This document shows positions 24,201 through 36,590 of a stretch of DNA of 64,000 nt, in pieces. Source of the stretch: Vicugna vicugna. Lineage: Eukaryota. The stretch's first letter is position 1, and every line of letters starts with the position of its first letter. The notes below the pieces were generated by a model. That model had not been told where the DNA came from. It made no database searches and saw nothing but the letters and a program-made list of their open reading frames with translations. Location of the stretch: NCBI GenBank assembly GCA_013265495.1, contig MU060486.1:868001-932000 (forward strand), written 5' to 3'. Position numbers and translations under genes: made by a program.

Positions 24201-26255
24201 AGTAGTAAAATCAGATTTTGCTCACGGTGAGGACAGGAGGCACCGCAGGTGGAGGAACAGGGTGGAGGTCAGGGCAGGGGCAGAAGGGGGTCTCAGTGTC
24301 TGAGAAGGAGCCGGCAACCCCTTGGACACCGTCCCCAGCTGGAAGACTCACTGGAGGGGCGGGGACACGCTGAGGACACGCGCGCTCCTCACTGCAGGCC
24401 GGCCCAGCCACGGGGCCCCGACCGGGCGGGGACACTTCTCTCCAGAGCCGCTTCCCTGCCCCCCGAAGGGACAGCATCCCTGCAGGACTCTCCCCGAGGC
24501 CCAGCCCAGAGCAGCCCTGCGGCGCGGGGTGGTCCCAGAGGCGGGAGGGGCCCCCTGTGGGGCCTCATTATGGGGAAACCTCGGAGCAGAGTTCAGGAGG
24601 GCAGGCAGCGTCACCCTGCAGCCCCGATCCCGTCCAGTCTGTGTCACGATGCCCAGTGGACACAGTGTCGCCCGGCTGGGTTCTCCCCCGGGGCCCAGGG
24701 TGACTGGAGCTGGGGCTTCTATAGGCAGAGAGCGGTGGCAGGCACCTGCCGTTGTCCACGTCACCTCTGAGATGAGCGCAGTGTCTGAGGACCCGCAAAC
24801 GCAGCCCTCAGAGGCTCTCATCCCAGCAGCCGCCCTGCACTCGGGGGGAGAGCGGACTCCAGGCCCCGGCGGCTACCGTGTGGCTTTGCAGGGGCGGGGG
24901 CTCAGCTCACGGAGACGGGAGAGCACGGAGGCCCTCTCCCCGGTAACCGGGGGCCACCCAGACTGGGCCCTCGCCCGGCACAGGTGGGCCGCCGTGGCCC
25001 CAGCGGGACCCGGCGAAGCAGCTGAAAGCTTTCTGGTGGGAGACAGAAAAGGCTTCCGACACCTGCGGGTCTGGATGTGGCTGGTGGGGAAGCGTGTGTG
25101 GGGCTTGGCGGTTTCAGAAGAAAACCTAGATATTTTTACCATCTTAAATCGATTGAACGTTCTCCCCTTTTTGTTGAAACCCAGTGTTTGCAAAATTCTA
25201 GAGCGACGCTGGGGCCTCCCGTGCACGGGCTTTTGCTGCAGGCTGAACCTCACCCGGGTGGCCTTCCTCTGAGTTCTGTTAGGAGGCCACTTGGACATGG
25301 AACTTTCGATGAAGAACGGCTGGACAAGGGGTGGTGAGGCGAGAAGTGGGACTTAACGGAAGCGAGAGCCAGCTTCCTCCCCCAGAAGCCAGCTGACTGC
25401 AGGCCAGGGGAGGCCTCTTCCCGCGGCAGACACGGGTGCCAGGGTGACGCTGACGTCCCCAAAAAGCTCAGGAAGCCACGTCACGCATCGCAAGCTTAGG
25501 GCCACGGGTCTTTCCACCCCGTTGTCCTCTGGGCCCCGAAGGTGGACCCGCCAGCCTCCTGTGTGGACCCTCGGTTCCCCAGGCAGCTGGGCTGCTGTTT
25601 CCAGTGTTTGTAAGACCAGACAGCCTTTGAGGGGGTGCTTTTGTCAGCACCGCGGTGGGAGAGAGGGCTGGGGTGGGGGCATTCGGAGACCAGGGGAGTC
25701 TTTGCAGCTCTGAGGCTGGCAGACAGGCCCACGCAGGTGACAGGTGTGCAGGAAAGCACCGCGGGGTGGCTGACTCAGGAAGCACACAGGGGTCACGGCC
25801 GTCACGTCTTGTTCTCACGTCTCAGGAGAGTGGTCTCACCCCGACCGCCGGGGCTGCCGGAGAGCAGCTTCGCGGGGGCGCGAGGGCTGTGCGTGCCTCG
25901 CTCTGCCTCCGTGATGCTTCGCCCGTGTGAGGGCGTCCCGTGTCACACGTGCACTTGGTTCTGTTGAGCTTAGGGGTGTCACAGCCTGAGGAACTGGGTG
26001 CTTCCCACTGGCTCTGTAATGAAGCAGCGCTTTGTCTCCAGACCCGAATCCAGGTGTGGCTGTGCTGACCTGACGCCCGGCCTTGAGCATCTGGAGAACA
26101 GTAAATATCTCCAGGTGCACGGAACCCTTGGATGACACCAAAAGAGGTTAAAAAAAAAGGTCTTTTAATAGCGCGAGGAGGTGTGAGGAAGTGAGGAGGT
26201 GAGGGAGGGAGAGCGAGGACGCTGACTAAGATAGAACCTCTGACAGCGAGAGCAC

Positions 26256-26290
26256 GCCGCCCCCGCCCATCTGCCCCGCCCCCGCCCCGC
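26256..26290. promoter_or_regulatory. Cluster of GC boxes (SP/KLF motifs)
   Basis: gccgcccccgcccatctgccccgcccccgccccgc contains three CCCGCCC cores in 35 bp. Confidence 0.35.
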
Positions 26291-27939
26291 GGGGCCCGCA
26301 GTGAGGCTGGGACGCGGTGTGTTCTCTTTCAAGTGGCTGTTCACTGAGTTTTCGCTCCGTGTCAGGCACTGGCTTTTCTGTTTCTACCTCCTCATTTGAA
26401 TTTCCCGACCCTGAGAAGGAGATGCTGTTTTGACCTCCACCCTAGACGGGGAGGCCCCGCGTCTCAGCGACATCCCAGCCCAGCATGTCAACAGCGCACG
26501 CTGACGAGTGAACTCGTTAAATCTGTTCAGAGCTAGGGTCCAGCCTCACCCAGGCTGCACCCTGCTCTGCGGGGCCTGGGTCAGCGCAGACAGCAGGTCG
26601 TGGGCAGATGGTTCCCTCCGCTCCCCCGAGGCCCCACCCCCAGGCACCCTGAGCCCTCTCCCCGGAGACTGGGAGGACGCGGGCCACCCTCACCCAAGCC
26701 CCGAGTCTCTGAACAGCACAGGGGACACTTGTGACTTACTGGGGCGTGTGCTGCAGGCCACCCCGGTCTCTGACCTCTGCACCCCGGGATTGAGGAGACG
26801 CCCCTCCCTCCAGGAGGTTGGGGCTGAGTCCGAGCCCTGCCCCCAACCAGCTACCCCAAGACGGGCAAGTTGTCTGTCCTGAGCCCCGGGCAGAAGACAC
26901 ACTGTCCAGTGGGGCCCCTGATGGATTGGAGCTGAGTGGGAGCAGGAGTTAAAGTCACTGGTTTTACTGTTACTGGCTATGCTAGCACCGTTTTCATCCC
27001 CGCTGTGAACTGGTATCGTTTTACCTGCTCGAAGGGAGGCCAGACGTCCAGGGCTTCTCCGTGCTGCACATGTCATAGAACCTCCTGGAAATCTCTTTAA
27101 AATACGATCCCCCAGTCCCTGCCCAGTCAGCTGCTTCCCTGGAGGGCTGGCCGGGCGCAGGCCCTTTCTGCCTTGGTTTCACTAAAGCTCTGTGGGTGAC
27201 CTGGATTGAAACGGATTGTTCTATGCCGTAACCCTGGCCTGACCTCCCCGGGAGCCCTGGCGGCGTTGAACGTTCCGATGGACACAGGGCAGGGGTGGGG
27301 GGTCTCTTCTGAGGTTCCGGGACTTTCCACACCAGCAAACTCGCAGGAGGCCCCAGTCGGTGCGCAGCGCCCCGCGGCCCGGCCCCTCCTTATCAGAGGA
27401 AGGTTAGAGCTGGTCCAGCAGCTGGAGCCCGTCCAGCTGCCGTGGTTACCGTGACTTACTAACAAGATGCTCCGGGTGTGCAGAGCTTTATCGATTACTC
27501 CCTTCACGCTTCTCAATTTACTTAATGAGTGAGTGGTCTGAAGTCACGTGTGCCAGTGAATCAAAAGGTCCCCTGCGGAGAGTTAGGGCTTTGGCGAGGA
27601 CTGACCTGAGGCCTCTCCGTCTCTGGAGCAGAGGGTGAGTGGAGGCCGGTCTTCAGCTGGTTTGGGAGGAGCCTGGAGGAGCCGTGGGAACAGCTGTGTG
27701 ATGACGTGGCTCCCTCTCTGCTCTGACCCCTGGTTAGGCCCCGTGAGAGCACGGCTCGGTCTGCTTCCTCTGGCCTCTGACAGCTGGAAAGAGCCTGACA
27801 AAATTAAAAAAAAAAAAAACCATTACCACTATCACCATGCTTGGTTTGGTTGGTTATTGTAAGTACGAATCAGACATAGGAGAAGTTCAGGAAACAAGGA
27901 AAGGGAAAATGTTTTTACACACATGTGTGTGTGTGAAAA

Positions 27940-28210
27940 AAGTAGGGAAATAGGGGGTTCTCTGCAAGTGCTAAAATTGCAAAGAGAAATGAAGCAGAAC
28001 TTTAAAATAGCAGAGCCCCAGTCACAACAGAAATAAAAGGTGAGAGTCACGTAGCACCACGAGGTCTGCGGACGGAGGCTTCAGCAGCCAGCGCGGCGCG
28101 ACAGTAAAGGGTTAAGACAAACGGCCAAACGCGCAACAGAAAAACTCAGAAGCGAATTGTACAGGATTAAGAAGATGAAATAGTTTACAAAGACAGTAAA
28201 GTTTTTTAAA
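27940..28210 (+). mobile_element. A-rich old L1-like fragment (tentative, ORF1-region character)
   Basis: Strong A skew with patches such as gaaatgaagcagaactttaaaatagcagag and aaaaactcagaagcgaattgtacaggattaagaagatgaaatag. Recalled similarity only. Confidence 0.3.
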
Positions 28211-28749
28211 TGATAGAAACAATTGTAGTAGTTTTTTAAATCAGATGTTTAGTTTGGTTTTCTTTTCTTTTTTTTTTAAGGAACTAGGCTAGTACATGAA
28301 AATTAGAATGAGGAGGGAAAAAGGCAGACATGGGGCGAAGGCTGTGACTGAGGCGGTGGGTCTGGCCGTCCAGTGGAGACGCGGCATCCCTCCTGGGCCG
28401 GAGGCCGCCGGGCCCTGCTTTCCCCTGCACAGCCCGCAGGCTGCCGCCACGTCCGTTACCCAAATCAGGCCTGCAGTGAGGCGCGGAGAGATGGGGTCAA
28501 GCCAGAGCCCGTGGAGGGCACCAGCTTGCCAAGGGCCGGCGGGGTGACGGGGCTCCAGGCGCTCTGGCCCCACGTGCCCCGTTCTGCTGCGTCTGCTCTG
28601 CGTGGCTGCCTTGCTCATTCTCGAGCCTTCCGTGAGAGCGAGCTGAAGTCTCAGGAGCCCCCAGACCCCGCTCTCTTCTGCTGCCCTTCCTGCCTCCTCA
28701 CTTCTGCTACACTAACTGCTGTGGGAGGCAGGCAGGGGATGCCTGCAAC

Positions 28750-28880
28750 AGCTTGGACTTGGGGTCGAATCCTAGCTTGTCAGTCCTGGCTGTGTAACTT
28801 TCGAACAAATTCATGACCTTTGAACCCCAGTTGCCTTATTTGGAAGGAAAAAAGGAGAATAAGGAATGTCTCTCTCCTAA
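28750..28880 (+). mobile_element. MIR fragment
   Basis: ggggtcgaatcctagct...ctgtgtaactttcgaacaaattcatgacctttgaaccccagttgcctta matches the MIR 5'/core. Confidence 0.7.
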
Positions 28881-28894
28881 GGATGCACAGGAGC

Positions 28895-29010
28895 TGTTTC
28901 CTAGATTGCGAGCTCGTCAAGGCCTGGTCCGTGTCTGATGTGCCTTTGTGTCCTCAGTGTCTGGTACCCTCCCCGGCGCACGTTGAGTGCTCAGTGCCTG
29001 TCTGGTGGTA
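28895..29010 (+). mobile_element. LINE-2 3' end
   Basis: ctagattgcgagctcgtcaagg...tgtgtcctcagtgtctgg...gagtgctcagtg resembles the L2a 3' terminus. Confidence 0.55.
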
Positions 29011-29039
29011 ATGATATCAAAGCTGATTTAATGACATCA

Positions 29040-29250
29040 ATAGCTGATCATTGCTATCTGCCAGGAATTACGCCGTGTGTTTTACTCTGTATCGGTCTTT
29101 ATAACTCACACACGCACGCACACACACACAGATTTGTAAAGTTAATATCCCGTTCTGCACATTGGGCTTCAAAGTTAAGTAAGTCGCCCAAGGCCACCTG
29201 CCTAGTTGTGAGTTTCTGGCCCTAATCTAATGAATGTCCAGGCTTTCAGT
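29040..29250 (-). mobile_element. MIR fragment containing a short CA repeat
   Basis: ctatctgccagg...gttaagtaagtcgcccaaggccacctgcctagttg matches antisense MIR. Confidence 0.65.
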
Positions 29251-29988
29251 AAGCGTGGAGCTAAGGCAAGGTCAGCGGGCAGTGAAGGATGCTGAGAACA
29301 CCTGGAACACCCTCATCGTCGACAGGGCTCCTTGGCTGTGTCCCCAGAGCCTCAGACCGCCTTCCCGACACTCATGGTCACAGCCCTGAAGGGCAGCATC
29401 CCAGCTTGAGCCCTGAGCTGGATTCATCCGGACCCAGAAGACGTGATTCTGTCTGGGGCAGACGGGAGCTGTGCCCGTGGGTCCCGGGCCCTCCCCGCCG
29501 CCTTCTTCTCCAGCCAGTGTAGAGGCTGTTCCCTGTCTGTCTCCCCGGGGATGTGGAGCATCAGTGAAGCTCTGAGAGTCTGGAAGGATGAAATTCAGGT
29601 CCTTGGCATCCCCACGTCCACTTGGCCCCGGAGGAGAAGTCCAGTGGACGAGATGATCGGGAGTCAGAAGGGCCGTGAGTGTACATTGAGGAGGGGGCAG
29701 ACAGCTGTGTGGGGGTGGGTTTATTGGAGCCTCAGAGCTCCTGTCTTGGGGAGTCCAAGGCTGACCCTGCACGTTCCTTCTCCCACCTCCCTGTCTCGGG
29801 GTCTGACCCAGGAGGGCTGCCCTGAGCTGCCACCGCTTCCGATGGAACTGTAAGGCCATCTGATCCCTGCAGGTCATGTCAGTTGAAGCATAAGCACAGA
29901 CCTGAGCGTCTGGGCACAGGCCTCCTGCCAAACAGGCCAAGCGGACCTTCCAGCGCGCTGGGACTTTGTGAAGTGAGACACCTGTCTT

Positions 29989-30173
29989 NNNNNNNNNNNN
30001 NNNNNNNNNNNNNNNNNNNNNNNNNNNNNNNNNNNNNNNNNNNNNNNNNNNNNNNNNNNNNNNNNNNNNNNNNNNNNNNNNNNNNNNNNNNNNNNNNNNN
30101 NNNNNNNNNNNNNNNNNNNNNNNNNNNNNNNNNNNNNNNNNNNNNNNNNNNNNNNNNNNNNNNNNNNNNNNNN
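29989..30173. other. Assembly gap (185 N)
   Basis: Run of N, flanked on the right by a CA-rich repeat. Confidence 1.
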
Positions 30174-30179
30174 ACCAGC

Positions 30180-30255
30180 GCGCACACACAAGCACACACA
30201 TGCACACATGTATGCACACACACACACACGTGCGCACACAGACACACACACACAC
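30180..30255. repeat. Imperfect (CA)n repeat
   Basis: gcgcacacacaagcacacacatgcacacatgtatgcacacacacacacacgtgcgcacacagacacacacacacac. Confidence 0.9.
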
Positions 30256-31106
30256 CCCGTCTTCTCCTCGGTTGCCCGCAGAAGGGAGGGTCCCAGTCGC
30301 TGGAACACAGCTATCCTGTTTTTTGAGGAAAAGAGACGTAGTTAGGAAACGACAGGAGCTGGAGCTGCGAGAACAGGTTTGGGATTGCGCTCAGTTGTGC
30401 TGAGGAAAACAGGAAAAGTTGAGAAAGAAATGAGACTTAATTTTAATGAAGGGAAATTTGCTGCTGAGTAAAGAGATTGCAGGAGGTGGGGGGGGGCGGG
30501 CTTCCGCGGGGAGCAGGGCTCGGGATCTGTGGGGACGGACAACATCTGACTCTTCAAGAAACAGCCTTAGCGCACAAAAGCCTGAGAGACGGAAAATGCC
30601 GGGTGTAGACGACAAAACAGAAGTCTGCGCTGCAGGCGAGAAGGGACCCGCTTCCTTCCCAGATGAGCTCTGGGGGGTCGCTTCAGGACACGCCTTCCTG
30701 CCTGGGCGATGCCTGCTTCTCTCACGCGAGGCCTGCGCGCATGGGGAGACGCTGCGGAGCCTGGCAAGGAGCCTCTGCCTCTCCTCCCTGGAGCAGCTTG
30801 ATTAGACTTTCGCATCTCGGGTTTCCGGGGCATCGTAGAAACTTCATGACCGTTTGTTAACTAGTAATAGAATTTTTAAAATTACGTATAAATACATACG
30901 TATTCTGATGTACTGAAAGTAGGAAATAGATGTACACGCATATGTATACATATGTGTATATATAATGTCTCACTGTTTTTTGGTTCTTTCTGCATGTTGA
31001 TAGCTGTTACAATTACTTCAGTGGGAATGGAGTTTTGTTGGAGTAAAAAGACAAAGGTGAATTTTCTCCATTTGCTAGTTCAAATTAGTAAGCTAACGTC
31101 CAAGCA

Positions 31107-31466
31107 CGATTGACCGCTCGCAACTGCCGGGGTCCGCGCCCGCAGAGGGTCGGGGTCGGCAGGGAGTCGGCGTCCGCAGGGGGTCAGGGTCCACAGGGGG
31201 CCGGAATCCGCAGGGGGTCAGGGTCCACAGGGGGCCGGAATCCGCAGGGGGCTGGTGTCTGCAGGGGGTCGGGGTCTGCAGGGGTCCGCATCCCCGATGC
31301 AGCTGACAGGCAGGCATGTGCTGTGTCCGCAGTTTGCCTTTGGTCGAATCCGCGGGTGCGGACCCCAGGGACGCTGGGGGACCGCCTCTGAGACTCGAGC
31401 ATCCGTGGTGTCGGTACCAGGGGCGGGTCCTGGAACCAACCCGCCGCCGATACCAAGGGATGACGG
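31107..31466 (-). mobile_element. MER2-type (TcMar-Tigger) MITE fossil
   Basis: Right end gagactcgagcatccgtgg...gggtcctggaaccaacccgccgccgataccaagggatgacgg followed by TA matches the reverse of the MER2-family terminus. Internal ttggtcgaatccgcgggtgcggaccc is also MER2-like. Subfamily not assignable. Confidence 0.7.
31139..31285. repeat. G-rich minisatellite, 17-bp monomer with 34-bp higher-order unit
   Basis: About 8-9 monomers (tccgcagggggtcaggg / tccacagggggccggaa). The 34-mer at 31173-31206 is repeated exactly at 31207-31240. Confidence 0.9.
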
Positions 31467-33600
31467 TAATGACGTTCGTAGGTATTTAAGCAGAATTGGC
31501 CTGTTGAGAGAGAGCTGCGGATGGAATGACTTCCTCCCCTCACACCCCCAGATAACACCGCCCAGTAACCTGATGCTCGGATGGGCGAATACAGAGGGCG
31601 GAAAAGCTGCTTCGGTGTGTATTCAGCCAGGTCAGGGTTTCTGTTGTTTCCCACCGGAAGCAGCCCAGAGTGGAAACCTCTGGTGCTTGTAATACTGGAA
31701 ATCCCAGGACGTGAGGAGGCACGGACGGAGAGGGGATGTCGCCCTGCGTGCAGAATGTGTGTGCTTACGTCTGTAACACTGTATACTCCATGTGTATCTA
31801 TGATGCTAGATGTGACTTGATACATAGGTTGAACACATGTGTTAAATACACACATTTACAAATATGTATCTAAACTAAAATTTGATATTTTGTGAGCAAG
31901 AAAGGGTTAGCATTTAGTGCCCTGCTGAAGAGTTCGCCCTGGTTTGGGGCGGCCGCTGCGCACCCACCACTGCAGAGGCGGGGAGGAAGGCGGCCCGGGA
32001 GGCTGGGCCTGGAGCCGTGGGGCAGCCCAGCGGGGAGAGGCCAGCCGGCTGGGGTGGGGTCGGCTCGTGCCAGCTTCCGAGCGGTTCCTTCTGAAAATGA
32101 CTTCGTCTCTTCCAGAGCAGTAGTGTTCCGTGCACACCCAGAATCCTGTGTTCCCTTAGAAGTCCTACAGAACTTCAGACGGCAAAGTTTTCTTCATCTC
32201 GATTCCAGCCCTGCGTTCTTAGATAATTGACTTTCTTCTCCTTGGCTGAGCATAGGCAGCACCGTGGTGACTGCAGAGGGGTGGCCTGCCATCCTGAAAT
32301 TCTTTCTTTCTTTTAAAATTCTCCCGGAAGTGGCTCACACCTTGGATTTGAGCGACGTGGAGGCAGTGTCTGCAGACTGTGGGACAGGCAGGGATCAGAC
32401 AGCGTCTGCAGTAAACGGGGGGAGAAAAAGGACCCTCTTCAGATATGCAGGGAGAGCCACAAAATGCTGAAGTAAATCCGTATCAGGAATTTTAATGAGC
32501 AAAATAAAATATGAAATCTGTGTGATTAAAATCAAATCTTCCCCCTTCTGCTCTGCTGGAACAGGCTGCCAAACGCCGGCGCAAGGATGGCGCTGGGAGC
32601 CCTTTTGTGCTTAATTACTGCCAGGGCTGCTTGGAGGCTCGAAGCGCCCCCCAGGCCCCGGCGGGGTGGTGGAGCGCTCCAGAGGGCTCCCCTCCGAGTG
32701 ATTTAAATCCTGGACAACAGACAGCACACGTGTTAGCTGAACTGGAGAGAGCCAGGCCAGTTTGGCTTAACATATGTGTCCCTGTTGTGGGGGGTACAGG
32801 TAACTGTGTGGGAAGCTGAAAGGTGGACCCCCTGTCGTCTGTGCCAGGACCACCCCTCAGCGGCCCCTCCGCTCTTGTTGCTCTGTCTCCTCCTTTGATC
32901 ACTCCGTCGTCTCTTTATGGACCTCAACCCCCCAGGCTTGGGCGGTGGGTGGGGGAGGCATCCATCCACGAGCCGGGACAGCTGGACCGTCCTGTCTCCC
33001 TCCCCTGCCAAGTGGCGTGGTCGGTGCCCCACACGTGGGGCGGAGCTGCGCCTGTGAGCTCACCTCCTCAGCTCCGGTGCTGCCTCCACGGAAGGACAGC
33101 CTCGACCCTGGGGCCTGCTCCTCTCGGCGGTCACAGCGGCTGCCTTTCCTGGGTGCCTTCTGGGGGCATGTGAACTTGAGACGCTGTGTCTGCCTTGGGG
33201 TTCAGACCACGTTACCTTTCCATCTACATTCAGAGTTATTTCACTTCACTTGTGACTTCATCACCTTTGTCCTTGGCCAGGAACAAGGCTGTTGTGCGTA
33301 GCCTTCGAACTGATGGGGACACAGAGGACTGTGGGGACCCCTCGGAAGTCCGCTCTTCTGCTTCTCAGGGAGGGACGTGATAATTGGTGTTTTGCCACCA
33401 GGCACCCCTGCTGGTCCAGCGCCGGCACACGTGTTTCCCCGGCTGATTGTAAGTAAGCGTGGACGGGGGGCTGGTGGGCTGGACCACGGGTGTGCACGTC
33501 TCCGGGCACTCGAGGGGCCGCGGTGCCACTGAAACAGTTCTCGTCACTCGTTTTCAGTCCAGCCCGGGCTGTTTGTCTTATAATTAGACATGCTGTGAGC

Positions 33601-34470
33601 CTTCATCTCTATAAACTGAAGTGTAGTTGGTTCACAATGTGTTACTTGCTGGCGTAGAGCACAGTGGCTCACTTATGCACATACATGGATTCTTTTCAGA
33701 TTCTTTTCATTATGGTTTATTACTGTTTCTGAACGTAGTTCCCTGTGCCGTATCGTAGGACCGCACTGTTTATTTTATACATAGTTGTGTGTTTTTGCTC
33801 ATCCCAAACTCCTAATTTATCCCCCGTTTTCCCCTCTGGTAACCATAAGTTTGTTTTCTGTGTCTGTGAGTCTGTTTCTGTTTTGTAAATAAGTTCATTT
33901 GTGTCGTTTTCTTACATTCCACATAGAAGTGATACCGTGTGATATTTGTCCTTCTCTGTCCAACTTACTTCNNNNNNNNNNNNNNNNNNNNNNNNNNNNN
34001 NNNNNNNNNNNNNNNNNNNNNNNNNNNNNNNNNNNNNNNNNNNNNNNNNNNNNNNNNNNNNNNNNNNNNNNNNNNNNNNNNNNNNNNNNNNNNNNNNNNN
34101 NNNNNNNNNNNNNNNNNNNNNNNNNNNNNNNNNNNNNNNNNNNNNNNNNNNNNNNNNNNNNNNNTGTCTGTTTGAATTAGAGTTTTCTCTGGATAGATGC
34201 CTGGGAGTGGGATTGCTGGATCATATGGTAAGTCTGTTTTTAGTTTTCTAAGAAACCTCCATACCCTCCTCCACAGTGGCTGCACCAAACTGCATTCCCA
34301 CTGCAGTTCAGGAGGCTCCCTTTTCTCCACACCCTCTCCAGCACTTGTCATTTGTGGACGTTTTGATGGTGGCCCTTCTGCCTGGTGTGAGGCGATATCT
34401 CGCTATGGTTTTGATGTGGATTTCTCTGATTATTAGCGGTGCTGAGCATCTTCTCATGTTCGTCAGCCTT
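33601..34470 (-). mobile_element. 5'-truncated L1 (3' UTR plus ORF2 C-terminus), cetartiodactyl-type, spanning a gap
   Basis: Minus-strand translation [10 protein letters not shown]...[28 protein letters not shown] is the L1 ORF2 C-terminal region. The 3' UTR motif cccaaactcctaatttatcc...ggtaaccataagtttgttttctgtgtctgtgagtctgtttctgttttgtaaataagttcatttgtg is typical of laurasiatherian/cetartiodactyl L1. Confidence 0.92.
33972..34164. other. Assembly gap (193 N) inside the L1
   Basis: Run of N. Confidence 1.
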
Positions 34471-34844
34471 CCTTTTGCTTCCTGTTAGCTCACTTTTGTG
34501 TGTAGCAGCCATTGTGCAAGTCATTATTGAAAAATACCCTGCTTGTGGCTGCTCAGCTGTTTGCTTTCCTGCAGCAGCTGCCTGCTGGGCAGGTGTGGTG
34601 TGGCCGGCGCTGTGCCGTCTCCCGGAGCCTCGGGGAGGTGGGGAGATGGCAGCTTGGACTAAGGTGGTGGCGGTGACGTGGGGAAAACACAGATGCAGCT
34701 GAGAAGTGTTCTGGAGATGGAGCCAGGAGCACGGAGTGACGGTTGGTTGAGAAAAGTCAAGAGGCAAGGGTTTTCTCTGTGTCGCTGGCGTTAGCAGTTG
34801 GGTCAGCAGTGGTCCCCGCTGGCCTACGCTTGGGAAAGACAGGG

Positions 34845-35082
34845 CTCTTCTCAAGTTTCTGAACAGCTGACATTTACAACGCATTTGTCTTTAATGCAGT
34901 AGCTTAACTAGTGCCTCTAAGAATTAACTGCTAAGGTTAAAAAACGTGTTTTAATTGCAATTGCAGGGGACCCACCCCAGTCTTACTCATCAGATTATTT
35001 GGATAGCGGGACCTAAGCTTCTGTGTTTGAAAAAGATCCCCAATTGATTTTTTGCATAAATTCCCAGTTTAAGAAGTTACTG
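34845..35082. mobile_element. MER5-type hAT-Charlie MITE fossil
   Basis: ctcttctcaagttt...ggggacccaccccagtcttactcatcaga...ctgtgtttgaaaaagatccccaattgatt...agtttaagaagttactg parallels the MER5A consensus. Confidence 0.6.
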
Positions 35083-35934
35083 CTGAGACGTTCACAGTCA
35101 ACAGATGTGGGGATTATGTGTTTGCGGGCGTGATGCGCACGCGTGTCTGTAGAGTTCGGCTGTGATATATTTTTAATCTCAAACTGAGTTCTCCCGATCC
35201 CTGCCTTTAATTAATCCCTGCCCAGTTACCATCCGTCAGTGGCTGTTTAGAGAATGAAAACTGATTTCCGTGTTGGTCCGAGCAGAGTGTAAATAAGTGA
35301 AGGATGTGCTGAGAGCGGGAGACGCCGGGCGCACCTGAGAGCCATCGGCCTTCTTTCAAGAGTTTGGACGAGTTTTCTCTTTATCTCTTGTTTTTTTGAT
35401 TAGCAGATGACTTTCATTCAAATAAATAATTGAACATCGATGATCTGTGTTATTATAAAACCACATGTATCATGTTGAGTCCTTTTCCGCAGAAGGCTTC
35501 TGTTTGGTGCTGTAGGTTTTAAGATCCGTGGTTTTGGAAATGCCACTGTTTGCACTCCGTGGTCACGAGCACTCACACCGACCTGCGTGTTTGAAACAGG
35601 CAGGGATTTTCCACAATCACCACCACCCTGGGAATCCAGGGAATCGAACGTGAGTCCCTGAAAGGCAGCTGGCACGTGGCATGTATGTCCATTGCTATGT
35701 ATTCCAACTAAGCTCGGGTCAGAAGCTAACCTGCACTAATATAGGGTGACGAGACGGGTGGGGATCTCCCGCGCAGGAGACCGGGAGCGGGGCCGGGAGC
35801 CTGGCTTCATGCTTTGACGAGACTGAAAGCACAGAATCACACTCCCGTCCAGAAAATGTCTTTTCAGTCCCCTTTAGAGGCCAGATCCCACGGAACTATA
35901 AATAGAGGAATTTGGGACCGCACGCACATGTGTG

Positions 35935-35958
35935 CTCACACACACACACACACACACA
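35935..35958. repeat. (CA)n microsatellite
   Basis: ctcacacacacacacacacacaca. Confidence 0.95.
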
Positions 35959-36389
35959 GGAGGGGCCTGCGCTCCCCGCCTCTCTGTGCTGACAGCCCGA
36001 TGCAATCTACCTTCTGAGCACACCATCCAAACCAGCTATGAATAAAATCAATTTAACCAAAATCGATGCTCTCTTGTAGAGCTGCTTAAAGCCTGAGTGG
36101 AGGAACTGACACTCGCTGAGCCTCCCGCGGCCGCCGGCGCCTGTGGGCTCTTCCAGGTCCGGCAGGGCCACACCTCCGTCCCAGGGGCCGGCGAGGAGCT
36201 GGGGAACGGGCAGAAAATGGACAAACCGTCTATGGGTCTGTCTCCTCACCACGCGTGTCCTCCTCCGCAGTCCGAGCCAGCCCGGGGCGGCCGTCGCGGG
36301 AGTCTGCGTGTCTGGATGTTGAGAAGATGTTACCGTTTTGGAGTCGGTGGGAGTACGAACCTGTTTAGCGTGTGGAGGAGGGCGACGCT

Positions 36390-36590
36390 GACGAGAACTA
36401 GCATTTCTAGGTGCTTCTCATGTGCTAGGCACGCGGTGAGGCTTTGTGCAAATGACCTGATTTAACCACAGCAGGAAACTCTGAGTCAGGTGGGGCCAAG
36501 AGTCCCATTTTACGTGTAAGAAGCAGATAATGAATGTCTCAAAAAGTCACGGAATGAGTGGGAAAGCCAGGAATCTAACCCAGTTCCATC
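36390..36590 (-). mobile_element. MIR fragment
   Basis: tagcatttctaggtgcttctcatgtgctaggcacg...cccattttacgtgtaagaa...gccaggaatctaacccag matches antisense MIR. Confidence 0.7.

Noticed and set aside
24322-25272. Longest gap-free ORF (316 aa) and the many other 100-240 aa ORFs
   Set aside because: Pro/Arg/Gly/Ala-rich translations with overlapping ORFs in several frames, no recognisable domain and no exon structure. Expected in GC-rich non-coding DNA.
30939-30954. 16-bp palindrome catatgtatacatatg
   Set aside because: Arises from low-complexity alternating purine-pyrimidine sequence.
31139-31285. Repeat array considered as CRISPR-like
   Set aside because: Contiguous degenerate tandem units without unique spacers, in mammalian DNA with no cas genes.
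35896-35905. Perfect MEF2 consensus / TATA-like CTATAAATAG
   Set aside because: One or two matches are expected by chance in this window, with no supporting initiator or exon.
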